Source: Podarcis gaigeae (taxonomy: Eukaryota). From it: a stretch of 64,000 nt of DNA. Shown one piece after another: positions 52,501 through 64,000 of the stretch (the stretch's first letter is position 1; the number at the start of each line of letters is the position of its first letter). The notes below the pieces were generated by a model. The model was not told where the DNA came from and ran no database searches. It saw only the letters and a program-made list of their open reading frames with translations. Where the stretch lies: NCBI GenBank assembly GCA_964106915.2, contig OZ066923.1; one strand, written 5' to 3'. The translations under genes were made by a program, and so were the position numbers.

Positions 52501-53299
52501 CCTTTTCCTCTGAGCCTTGCCCTGTTGTGCTGACATTTTTTGAGCTGGTTTCAACATTACTGTCAAAGCTAGCAATAATTGAGATAGCTCACCATGCTTT
52601 TTACCAAAGGCATCGCTACTAATTAATTAGTAGAAATAGTAGCCTTTGCTACTCTGTTTTTGCCAGGTACAAACCAGCTGTCCATATATAAACAGCTGTG
52701 CTCATGGCACATGTCCTTACCTTAAGAGTGAATTACTAAATCTACCATAAATGTAACTACAAACAAAGTCAGATCAGCTGATGGATGACAGCCATTTGTG
52801 TCCTGTTTTGGGCGGGGAAGCAGATCCAAGGTGAAATTATCTGCTCTGCAAAGACATTTCTCGCTTCAACTGTTCTCTGTTTATAACACACCGTAGACTG
52901 GATTGTGTGAGCTTGCATTGGAGGCGGGGAGCAGGAAATCCTTTTGTTTCGTAAGAAACGTATACACCAACATTTCGCCAAAAGGCCACAGGACAGCTTG
53001 CAACATAATAAAACAACATCATAACACAATAACTTAAAAACGGCAGTCTCAATACAATTTATAATAAAAGCAGCAGTGTCAAACTATTCATAAATCACTC
53101 CAGTCACAGTTCCCCTCATCCAAAATCCTGTTGGAAGAGGTGAGTCTTCATCTGTTTCCTAAAAGAAAACAAAGATGTTGCTAGGCACATCTCGATGGGG
53201 AGTGTTCCACAGCCACTCCTCACTTGTCATCTTCCATAGTTTGAGGCAGTATACTTATGAATTCTGGTTGCTGGGAAGCGAAGGAGGAGAGAGTGCTCT

Positions 53300-53415
53300 T
53301 GTGCTCAGGTTCTGCTTTGTGGGCTTCCCATGGACATCTATCCGGTTGGCCACTGATAACAGGATGCTGGACTAGGTAGGCCTTTGGTCTGATTCAGCAG
53401 ACGTTCCTTCGTTTT
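53300..53415 (+). mobile_element. CR1-type 3' end fragment
   Basis: GGCCACTG...AACAGGATGCTGGACTAG...GGTCTGATTCAGCAG; same motif at 63420-63494 and inverted at 26760-26835. Confidence 0.55.
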
Positions 53416-54962
53416 TAAAATATTTGGAGCTGCCACCAAATAAACTCTTGCATGTGGCCTCCAGAAGGTTGCCCATGAGGAAATGCAGCTCTTTGGCTAC
53501 GTATTTGTTCTGAAACCAGGAATTCACAGAAATGCCTACAGTGCACAGCATTGAACTCAGTAAGATTTACTTCTGAAAGAACATGCGCCGTATTGAGATG
53601 CACAGATGCAAATTGTTTTATAACTTTTTGTCTTGGTAAGAACCCTTCAAAGTAGGTCACTATTGTTCTCGCTTCACCTAGGAGAAGCTGCAGCTGAGAG
53701 AAGATTACTCATCCAAGGCCACACAGCAAATGCATTGCAGGTGGAATCTAGTCTCCTGGATTCACACTGGATCATTGGCCATTGGACCACAAAAGGTTCA
53801 GACAGCCAGTTAACAGATCCAAATAATGTTTTAATGTCCGTCCGCTAATCAGAGTTCATGACTGAGAAACAGGTTGCCCAAATCTAGCCAGTAAGAGCTG
53901 CAAGTAAACTCTGCCCAGTTGTTTCCCTTCTTCCCTTCTTCTGTGTCACAGTGCTCAAAGAAGGAGAGTAGTGAGATTTCCAGTGAAAGAGAAGAGTGGG
54001 GAGGGGAGGCAGTTGTTTAGCACAACCACTCCCTTCTCCTGGGTTGACATCAACCATCTGGATCTTTGTTTCCCTCCATTTTCATTGTGTGATGTTTACC
54101 TTGGGCCTAGCCTGACATAATAATTATAGCCAAATATTTGCTTAAATTCGGATTGTGGCTTTCATTCCATTCTCCTCTGGCTGAAGACAAAAGAAATATG
54201 TATTTGGAAATGTTCCAGCATGTCCCAGAGATGCCAGGACTATGGAATTTGCCAAAGCCTGATAGAAGCATCCAGAACCTTACAGAGACTTTGATGCATG
54301 AGCCATCAAAGCCTATGATTCAAAACCAAGAAGCAATGAAGATGACGTCAAAGAGTTATTCTTCCTGACTTTAGATACAGAACCAGTGGTGGGGATACCT
54401 GTTTAGCGCAAAGTTCAGAAGCATCTACAGGAACAAATATCTAATAATTTCATTCCTTGAATCAAAGCCTTTCCCAACATTTTTGGGCACAGTGTCAGCT
54501 TTACCTATGGCAGCACTTCTGGATGATCTTGCACAATTTTCTTTAGCATTTACTACATTACTACTATGGTCAGGGAAGTATGCACAATACTGGTGCAGCA
54601 CTGGAAAACAGATAAGCATCCAACTTGCAGCTGTTTGATACCTGAGAATATGGGACTGAAAAACCGTGGAAATACCAACATAAAATTCAGCTTTGTAAAC
54701 GTATGGCTAAACCTTTTCACATTAAGTGGTATCTTTCTGTTTCTCATACTGACATTGATTTTCATATTATACGACTTCCTGTAAAATAGGCTTTTTGATG
54801 GTCCACCTAATTACCGTGCCTTCTGATATTTAGCCTTTAATGTACGATTAATATGTTCATGATTAATATAGAAGGGTTCTGTATTTTGAAATCAATTTTA
54901 TACTTAGGAAATGTAATTGTTACTGACAGTGCAATAAAAAGTTTTAAAAATAAACCCACAGT

Positions 54963-54994
54963 AATGATGATGATGTTGTTGTTGTTGTTGTTGT

Positions 54995-55025
<31 letters not shown>
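54963..55025. repeat. Compound (GAT)n(GTT)n(GAT)n microsatellite, tail of an adjacent minus-strand retroposon 3' end (~55025-55110)
   Basis: Direct inspection. Confidence 0.85.
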
Positions 55026-55028
<3 letters not shown>

Positions 55029-55779
55029 ATTATTTATACCCTGCCCATCTGGCTGGGTTTCCCCAGCCACTCTGGGTGGCTTAGAGCATATATAAAAACA
55101 TAATATAACATCAAACATGTGAGTCCTCATTCTATCTGTGGCATGACCACTCACTCTCAAATTTTGCAGAGCTTTCTGTGCAAGAACCCAGGCTCTCTAC
55201 TTTGACTTCCTGACAGCCATTTTGCGACTGACTGCTCAATCTATACAGTTTCTGCCCGGTTAGTAATGCTTCTGGGAGGGTGGTAGGACTCTGATTTCCT
55301 GAGCCTGTCTCAACTGCTCCTGCCTCCGCTCCACACTTCAAGTGGCCTGGAGGGTGAGAATAATATGGCTGGCTTTGAGAACTCGGAATTGCTGAATACA
55401 AAACCCTCAGTTGCAAGACTCTTTGCGTGCCTGAGGATATCTTGGATATGTACTCCAACCACATCTGCTAAATATGATGTGAATACACATTTAAGAGCAT
55501 ATTACCGGTAATACTACAGCTGTATGTGGGTTTTGCCCCACTTTTTAACTGTCATGGCTTCTCCCATATAATTCTGGGAATTGTAGTTTGGCAAGAGTGC
55601 AGAACATTCTCAGTTACATATCCCTACATTCCCACACCAAACTAGGGCTTCCAGGAGGGCATGACTAGTGTACCCGTTTTAGTCTGTAGTGCAGCTATAG
55701 CCTTGCTCTTGGTTCCCAATACTGTAAGCTGCTTTTGTGCAACGTCCCTTGCAAGCTTTGTTCATAGTACCACCCAATG

Positions 55780-55930
55780 AAGGTGTAGTGGTTAGAGCCT
55801 TGGACTAGGCACTGAGAGGCTGGTGTTCAAATCCTCACTGGGTGACCTCAGGCCAGTCACTGCCTCCCAGCCTAACCAGTTTTGAAGGGTTGTTGAAAAA
55901 GTTGGGTTATAAATGCAATAATTAAATAAA
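55780..55930 (+). mobile_element. Degenerate Squam3/MIR-like SINE
   Basis: GGTGTAGTGGTTAGAG box A, GTTCAAATCC box B, CTGGGTGACCT core. Confidence 0.55.
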
Positions 55931-55965
55931 ATCTGTCAAAACTCCATTGTTAGTTTAAATAGATG

Positions 55966-56127
55966 CTGTGCTTTTTTTCTTTAAAAAAATTGTTTAGGGG
56001 TAATAGGGGTACAGTACTCTCATTTTCCTACTCATATTGAAATACTGCCCCTAAACAAGGCCAAACTTAGATTCACAAATGTTTAGGGGTATGTGTACCC
56101 CTGCATCTCCCCAGAAAAAAAGCACTG
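55966..56127. mobile_element. hAT-type MITE
   Basis: TIRs CTGTGCTTTTTTTCT / AGAAAAAAAGCACTG; 8-bp TSD AATAGATG / AATAGACG. Confidence 0.75.
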
Positions 56128-56238
56128 AATAGACGTCCTAATTTCACTCTATCTAATCAGAAATTCTAAGCTCTTTTAAATTCAAGGGATGATTATCAAA
56201 GCAATTAACAGATGTTGGGGTACTTTGAAATACACATA

Positions 56239-57279
56239 CCGTATTTTTCCTTCTATAACACGCAGTTTTTTTTTCTTCTAAAAAGGAAGGGGAAATGTCT
56301 GTGCGTGTTATAGAGCGAATGTGTGGTCCCTGGAGCCGAAAAATCATGCAAAAATCAAATCGCGGCGCTGCACGCTGCACTGAGAAGCGAAACCTGAAAA
56401 GAGGAAGCAGCTGCTTTCCTGCATTCTGCCTCAGGGTCTTACTGCCCACCCTCCTATGTTTCGTTGCTGTGTTTGCTGAAACGGAACAAAGAGCAGGGAA
56501 AGCCCCTCCCCTCCAGGCAAGCTCCGGTGCTGCTGGGGGAGAGGGAGAGAGAGGGGGGAAGTGAGAGAGAGAGGGGGGAGGGGGAGGGAGAGAGAGAGGG
56601 GGGAGGGAGAGAGAGAGAGAGAGATGGCTGGCTTGGGTGGGGGGAAACTTTTGCCTTTCTTTCCTCCCTCCCGTTAAATCCCTCTCCTGCATTCTTAGCC
56701 AGCTGCTTCTCTGCACACCCCTCTAATGTCCCTTCTTTGTTTTTCCTTCGCTCCCCACTTAAAATGTGGTTACAAAGCATGGATCCTCAGGATCTTTGCA
56801 TTGGGTCACCCCAAATTCACCATCAGATCACATAGCATGTCCATGGCTACAGCCTGCACCAAAAAAATCACGCACCCACTGTTGCCTGGGGCTGCAATGG
56901 TGCAAAAATGTGGTTAAAAAGCATGGATCCACAGGGATTCTCAGGATCCTTGCATTGGGTCACCCCAAATTCACCATCAGATCACATAGCATGTCCATGG
57001 CTACAGCCTGCCCCCCCCCCCAAAATCACGCACCCACTGTTGCCTGGGGCTGCAATGGTGCAAAAATGTGGTTACAAAGCATGGATCCACAGGGATTCTC
57101 AGGATCTTTGCATTGGGTCACCCCAAATTCACCATCAGATCACATGTCTGTGGCCACAGCATGAAGCACAAAAATGATACATCCACTGTTTCATTCAGAA
57201 TGTTTTTTCCCTTGTTTTCCTCCTCTAAAAACGATGTGCGTGTTATGGTCAGGTGCGTGTTATAGAGCGAAAAATACGG
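56239..57279. mobile_element. Tc1/mariner-type non-autonomous element with internal ~150-bp tandem repeat
   Basis: TA|CCGTATTTTTCCTTCTATAACACGCA ... TGCGTGTTATAGAGCGAAAAATACGG|TA; GA-rich tract; tandem units start near 56761, 56905 and 57063. Confidence 0.87.
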
Positions 57280-58751
57280 TAGTTTACTGATAAACATAAA
57301 GCAAATAAACAGACTAGCCTCAGAAGATAATCCCAAACTTCTTATACTATCATTTAAACAAAAAACACCCAAATATAATTCATACAAAAATATATCCAAG
57401 TTACAGACTGCTGGTATTAATAAAGCAATTAAAGTGAAATGAGAAATAACCTTTCTTATTGCTCCGCCAGACTGAAGCAGGAAGTAAAACTAACCAGTGA
57501 GTAATAATGAAATTTCAGTACCTCTAGACGAGACAAAGTAAAACCATCATTGCTCTCTGCACCAAATGATGCACAAAACCTGAAAGCACAAAACCTATAA
57601 GGACACCAGAATTTAACCATCATTTTGTTGCCTCCCATGAATTGAAAATAAATCCTAAATCTGCCAGTAAGAATTCTCTGCTCTGAGCAGCACCCCACTT
57701 CTGTTCTGAATCAATGAAATACCTAGGCTAGCATTTACTAAGATTACCTACCCACGCTCAAAAAACAGTCTGAGGTATAAAAGGGTTTTTGCAAGGTGCA
57801 ATTGATTACTCACCAGGTGATAAAAACTCCTACAGCCTAAGCACACTGTGTTGTGTTGCTATGCCAGCCTCCTCCCAAGCAAAGTGAAGAGTGCAGAAAT
57901 CCTGATGGAGACTATTTTCATAAGGTGTGGGGTGGGGAGAGGAGAGGCACTGTTGTCGTACCATGTGAAGCAGAAGAAGACTAGCTCCAGGCAACAGACG
58001 ACTGTTTCAGTTATTACTTGAACAGGAGGAGCAGCAGCACTGATAGAAATGACTCAGTTACCAACCTAGAGCTATTTGTCAGAACTAGCGGACTTATGTC
58101 CTACTTTACAGAGGATGGTCCTCTCTTTGAAGAGCTGTCAGAGGGCAGTCCCCTATTTGAAAGGCTGTCCAGTCTACATCTGATTTTACAATAAAGAGCC
58201 CTCAGACTGGGGAGCAGGGACCTTAGCATTTACCCTTGGACAACAGTGAGAACTTGGATAGCAAGATTGAGCAGATGTGTTTCTATTTAAATTATTATTT
58301 TCTAATTTTGCATCTTCTACATATAAATTAGAATATGTAAATTATATACAAATCATCTATTGCCTTCCCTTTTTGGTGATGAATTTCTTCTTTTTGGGTG
58401 ATGCACTGTGGCCACCCCTGTCTTAAAAAAGAAGATGCCAAATGTAGAGCTGCTCTTTAAACCTCATGGTTTTCAGTCTGTGATTGTGGCCTCCTTGAAA
58501 AATCCAGAATAACGGGTGTGCACTTCTGTTTGTGACATCAGTTTACCTTATTGCACAAACATACTAGCTCTTTTATCTCATACGATGGGCCCTGGGCCTC
58601 ATCAGTTAGTTCTGGAACCACATGGTAGTAGGAGGTAAAACATGGTGGTTTTTTTTACTACATTCTGCCATTTTACTGTATATAGTTGTATGAATTAAGG
58701 CCACTCTGCTATTAGCTTACCAATATTGCTGCTTTCATTCTCGCTGTAGAC

Positions 58752-58957
58752 CAGAGCTTTCCAAACTGTGTGTCACAACATGTTAGTATGTTGGCTGCAG
58801 TGTGTAGGTGTGTCACACAAACGCTCCCCGCACTCCTCCCAGGGCTGGAAAGGGGTTAGTTTAACCTCCAGTTTGCTAATAAAACTGAATTACTGTGTCG
58901 CGAAATGATGCATGTCTAAAAAGTGTGTCACCAGCACGAAAAGTTTGGAAAGCTTTG
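58752..58957. mobile_element. hAT (Charlie-like) MITE
   Basis: TIRs CAGAGCTTTCCAAACT / AGTTTGGAAAGCTTTG; imperfect TSD CTGTAGAC / CTGTAAAT. Confidence 0.78.
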
Positions 58958-59334
58958 CTGTAAATTGTTGTAAATTGCCAGGGCCAGTCCAAAGCATTTG
59001 GTTATCTAAGGCAGAATAGCAAATAGCACATACCCCTTCCTTCTCCAAAGTCAAGGTTCATAATGCAGTATGCCAGCTAAGTTACTTTGGGGCCTAAGGC
59101 CAACAACAGCAATCCCCAAAGCAACTTGCCCTTCCCTAGCAGTAAAAAATACAATAACAATAAAATAACTATTTGCTGACCTCAAACCTCAAGTCTATCT
59201 AATTGTAGGGCCGGCCCTGGTAAGTCATTTGGGTTGCTAGTTATTGTTGCTGCTTGTATAGAAATATCAGAAATATATGCAGGAAACTTCAGATCTGAAA
59301 TGACATTTCCCTCAATTACTATGAATATATGTGA

Positions 59335-59736
59335 TGATGAAGAAGAAGAGTTTGGATTTTATATCCCGCTTTCAGTGGCGTAGCGTGGGTTGTCAGCACC
59401 CGGAGCAAGGCAAGCAATTTGCGCCCCCTAACCCGTGGATTTGCGCCCCCTAACCCTAACTCCCAGATGTTGCGCCCGGTGCAGCCGCCCCCCCTGCACC
59501 CCCCACGCTACGCCACTGCCCGCTTTATCACTACCCGAAGGAATCTCAAAGCGGCTAACATTCTCCTTCCCTTCCTCCCCCACAACAAACACTCTGTGAG
59601 GTGAGTGGGGCTGAGAGACTTCAGAGAAGTGTGACTAGCCCAAGGTCACCCAGCAGCTGCATGTGGAGGAGCAGAGACGTGAACACGGTTCCCCAGATTA
59701 CGAGTCTACCGCTCTTAACCACTACACCACACTGGC
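59335..59736 (-). mobile_element. Squam3-type tRNA-derived SINE interrupted by a MITE
   Basis: Reverse strand starts GCCAGTGTGGTGTAGTGGTTAAGAGC, has the CTGGGTGACCTTGGGCTAGTCAC core and a (CTT)n tail. Confidence 0.8.
59373..59518. mobile_element. 146-bp hAT-type MITE nested in the SINE
   Basis: Perfect 17-bp TIR CAGTGGCGTAGCGTGGG; perfect 8-bp TSD CCCGCTTT (59365-59372 and 59519-59526). Confidence 0.9.
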
Positions 59737-62700
59737 TCTGACATGTGGTGCCATGTGTCATGAGGATCCCCTGCTCTGTCATGCGTTATCTCAAAAGTTG
59801 TATTTGCACATTACATGTACCGAAAACAAATATAACAAGTTTGGCTTCCTCCTCCACCAGGCCTCCTGTTTCCTATTCTTTCCCCTACCTGAAGAGGACA
59901 GGGAAATTCAGCCTGAAGTATGGCAGGGACATTGGAACAGACTTGGATCCTTAACACTGCAGCTTTCAAATAAACAAGATCCTTATTCAGATCTGGAGCC
60001 TGCAAAGTTCAGCTGGCAGATGAGTGTGATGCTAGCAGGTGGAATACTTGCCACTGAAATGTTCAGACATTGCAGTCTTTATGCACTCTTAGTTAGGAAT
60101 CAGTACAATTTATGTAAGTGCTGGAGATGGGGGTGGCATCACACAAAAGGTTGGGGGCAGAATTGTGCCTGCACAAAAAGGATGAATTACTCCTACAGGA
60201 TCCCATGTCAGTGGCCTTGTACCATCCACATCATTAGTACAGCTGTTCAGCATAAGGGCTACTAAGGTCCAGTCCCAGCACCAGTGAACGAAGACAAGTT
60301 GAGCTAGCACCAGTGACAGAACCTTCCCTTTGAACTGATAAGCTACTGGTTCAACACAGATATGGAACACTTTAATGTTCAGAAGGAGTTTTCAAATTTT
60401 GGTTTGTAGCCTACCTTGGCTTCATCTGCAGTAGTAGCTTGGTGGATCACAAGTTTCATAGGCCTCTAGCTCTCCAGGTTTCACACGGTATAAAAAGGCA
60501 CCAGTTGTTACTTGGGGTAATTAAGAAAGTCATTTCTAGTGTGCTGAATGCAAAGGGGGCTCCCTCGGGTCTTGTGCAGCAGAACCTTTAACAAAGGCTT
60601 CCTTTTGGATTGCTAATTAGGCAGTGGAGTTAAACTGGTGGTAAAACCAAAATAAATAAACCCTAAAGAATTCCAATTAAGCAGTGTGGCTAGAATCCTT
60701 TCTCATATTAACTGTTTGAGATTCTTGCTCTCTTGATTATTTGACAGTTCTCCTGTTGTCATGGAAGTCTTGCTGAGCAGAACAATTTCTACTTCTCTAA
60801 TGTGAAAAAGTACCTTTTTAAAACCTTTTCATAAGACATATGGATATGCCTCTTCTGTTCTTTAACTCCCCCCACCCCATTTAATTATTATTATTTTTTA
60901 CAAAATGGCTAGGCATGCTACAAGGGGCACCCGTCTTCTTAATTTATATATAGTCAAAGTTTGTTTTTCACCCTCTTAATATCAGCCTGCATTTGAAAAT
61001 ATACATCATATAAATTAACATATGTACAAAATATATGTAAATTTGTGGTCATCATGGGCCTGGGCCTGAAGTCCCTTAAGTATTTAGCAATGCTCCCTGA
61101 CTGCTGGAGAGAATTATCAGCTGATTTTTTTTATTTTACTTTTGGAGAACCTTTGGGAAATGCTCAGCTTGCTTTTCACAGGAGTTTGGGGGAAACTGAA
61201 CACCAATCATTACTTCTTCCTTTCCCTTCTACAGTATTTCTTTTGATATGTAGGCTGAGTGAAGACCCCGGCTGGGCCTTAGGTCTCACTTTTTTCCCTT
61301 CCCACTTCCTTGCATAGTTACTCAGCATGCCTTCAGGTACAGCCAGCTTCAGGGAGTTCATGCAGAGAAGGGAGCGGCCTCTGTGCTTTGCCCCAGGAAA
61401 GGGAGCTAACAGTTGATCCTGATAACATTACAATGACTTCACTGCTTGGCACAATCCAGCTGGGAAGCAGGGTGCCAGCAGCAATCATACTAACAGCAAT
61501 TTTCCTCCAAGTGAGTGCAGAAAACATAATCCAAGAATTGCAGAGAGAAGGCACTTGAGGGGGCAGAGAATCAGAGGAGACCTGTCATTTCTTCTCCTAC
61601 CCAAATGCTTCTCTGTTCTCTACCTCCCAAGAGCTCTGGGTCTCCCAAAGTGTGCTGAAGATTACAGGCATGCCTTGTTCCAAGTTGTTATATATTTCCA
61701 AAAAGAATGTATTGTTTTCATTTATAACTGAGTCCCTGGAGGACAGCTGTGGGAGGTCACTCAAAACCTTTCACCTTTTGTACTCTTAAATTAGTTCAAC
61801 CCAGCTCCTCTATCTTTGCATGGAAAAAGTCTACAGACATGGTGGCTGGGTCAAGGCTGTCCTGGCAAAAGTGGATAAACACATAGCTTGGCATAGAAGC
61901 ATATAATTTGTGCTAAATATCCTACTTCATAATTGGCTTTTTGTGCATTCAAAGCTTGCTTCCAACTTTTTTCCTTCTGCAGTAGTTCCCAAGCTGCAAA
62001 ACCCTGCAAAAAGAGGATAGAGGTGAATTTACTCTCTCAAGTCACAAGGTTGCTTTTAAAAATGCTTTTACAGCCTCAACTCGTTCAAGATGCCCTTTGA
62101 CTCACAGTTAACATTGTGCAATTAATTCCGAGAGACATGGAACGACAAGTCCTACACCTTAGCTCCTCTAGGGACATGTTTCCAAAGAGGCGCAGACACC
62201 TGATATGACCTTTATATTTTTTATGTCTTCTGTCGTGCCACACCATCAAATGAGCAGGTGCACTTACATGCCAGAGTATTTCATACTTTTCCTGAAGGGA
62301 GATAACCACATACAGTATAGTAAAATGCATGATAACTGCATTGTGTGAAGTGCAGGAAGTATCTGTTTCACGAAGATACATTTTGGGCATCCTTGTGGCA
62401 AAGGAAGAATTTGTGGCCCCATTCACACATTGCAGTAAATGCGTATCCTCTAACTGGAGAATACCCCATTGCAGATAATTTGTAATGTATGGCTTGTAAA
62501 TAGTATTTTATTGCCTTCCTTCACCATCTCTTTAGTATTCCAAAAAGTGCAATAGTGGGGGTTGCCTTCTCCAACGTGCAAACTACAGACTGTGAATATA
62601 ACCCTGGCACTGTGACACAATTAGAATTTGTTTTAAAAACAATCACAAAGCAAACATCCACATGACTTCCTAAAAACAATTTTTTTAAGTGTGGACAAAT

Positions 62701-63032
62701 GTAAGTGCAAGTTCCATAAAAAGAGATATACACAATGAAATATAGCTTGAACTTTGCAAAACAGGCATGTTCCTGTTAGGAAATCCCCCCCTCTAAGGAA
62801 TCTAAGGGAAACCTAGTCTTTCACTGGTGAAGTTAGGGAATTTTTGGCTCTAGGCTTAAGGCCTTATCTCTTTCCTCTTTTAGATTGCATTTTGTATTAC
62901 TTCTTTACTTTAAACTGTGGAAAGCCAGCTCTGCTGTAATTCCCAGTCCTCTGAGTCATTCTACTAAGTGCAGCCCTAGTTAAAATATGCAACTTGCCCT
63001 TAAGATCAGACTCTGTACCTGAGGACTAGTAA

Positions 63033-63494
63033 GTGGCCAATTTTTAAAAAGGGATCAGGGGGGAGATCCTGGAAACGAGAGGCATGTAAGCTTAATGTCT
63101 GTTCTAGGAAAACTAGTGGAAAGCATTGTTAAAGATAAAATTGCTAGGCATACAGAAGAACAAGTCTTGCTCAAGAGGAACCAGCAACTCTAATAGAGTT
63201 CTTTGAGAATGTAAACAAACATAAAGACAGAGGTGATCCAGTTGACGTAGCATACTCGGACTTTCAAAAAGCTATTGACAAAGTACTTCACAAGAGACTC
63301 CTAAGTAAACTTAGTGTCATGGAATAAGATAACCAGTCCTTTTGTGGACCAGGAATCACAAGTGGGAATAGTGCTGCTGCACTTAGGTCCTGGTTTCGGG
63401 GTTCCCAGAGACATCTGACTGGCCACTGTGAGAACAGGATGCTGGACTAGATGGGCCACTGCTGGCCTAATCCAGCCGTGCTCTTATGTTCTTA
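63033..63494 (+). mobile_element. Degenerate CR1 LINE: RT-domain fragment plus 3' end
   Basis: Broken frames read PIFKKGS..DPGN..VSLMSVLGKLVESIVKDKI..EFFENVNKHKDRGDPVDVAYSDFQKAIDKV; ends in a CTTATGTTCTTA tail. Confidence 0.85.
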
Positions 63495-64000
63495 TCTGCC
63501 CCAGGACCTGTCCTGATGACACCACTGCAGGCTCTCCTCCATAATGTCTCATTAAATTAATTCTGTTGCCTCATCTCTTAGATCGTTTTTTTTGGTTGCC
63601 ACTGAAAATCCCCTGTCCTCCGAAGAAAGGCTTATTCAGGCATGAGAGAGTGGAACTCCTATAATCCTTCCATTGTAGTACTTGTTTGTTTTGGCATGCT
63701 TGGTGTACCCTGACCATTTTGACATCCCTGTGTGAATGAAGGTATCTTTAAATGTCTAGAAACTGCATTGCACAAGGCCAGCGTAGGCTAAAATAGAAGA
63801 CTCAGGTGAATGTGCTTGCCAAGCCATTTGGGTTAAGAACCTTTTGTTCCTTAAGAAAACACAGGTTCTGCTTGGCTAGCTTTTAGGCCTGCTTATTATT
63901 TGTTACACTGGCATTCCACCTTTCCTCCAAAGGTCAAAGCAATGTACATCTCTCCCCATCCAATTTTATCTGCGTAACAATCCTGTGAGGTGAGTTAGAC

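Noticed and set aside
56153-57265. ORFs with repeated peptide units
   Set aside because: Translations of the tandem repeat and GA tract inside a non-autonomous transposon.
46200-64000. A neighbouring protein-coding gene upstream of MYH9 (e.g. ORFs 50470-50910, 59663-60265)
   Set aside because: No recognisable protein similarity or exon chain; ORFs partly overlap repeats. Small exons of a lncRNA cannot be excluded.

Overview
Vertebrate genomic DNA, most likely from a lacertid lizard judging by the Sauria/Squam SINEs, BovB LINE and MITE content. The window holds the 5' part of MYH9 (non-muscle myosin heavy chain IIA) on the minus strand. It has a CpG-island promoter and probable non-coding exon 1 at about 45.5-46.1 kb, an intron 1 of about 20 kb, and nine coding exons (25144 down to 342; 1108 nt, about 369 aa of the motor domain). 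The gene runs off the left edge. The intron at 3646-4743 is a GT-AG minor-spliceosome (U12) intron carrying a DNA-transposon MITE. The rest is intronic or intergenic and rich in SINEs, BovB/CR1/L2 fragments and hAT or Tc1-mariner MITEs, several with perfect palindromes, a fold-back rearrangement or nested insertions. I see no convincing new gene system. Nearly all ORFs in the supplied track are spurious or repeat-derived.
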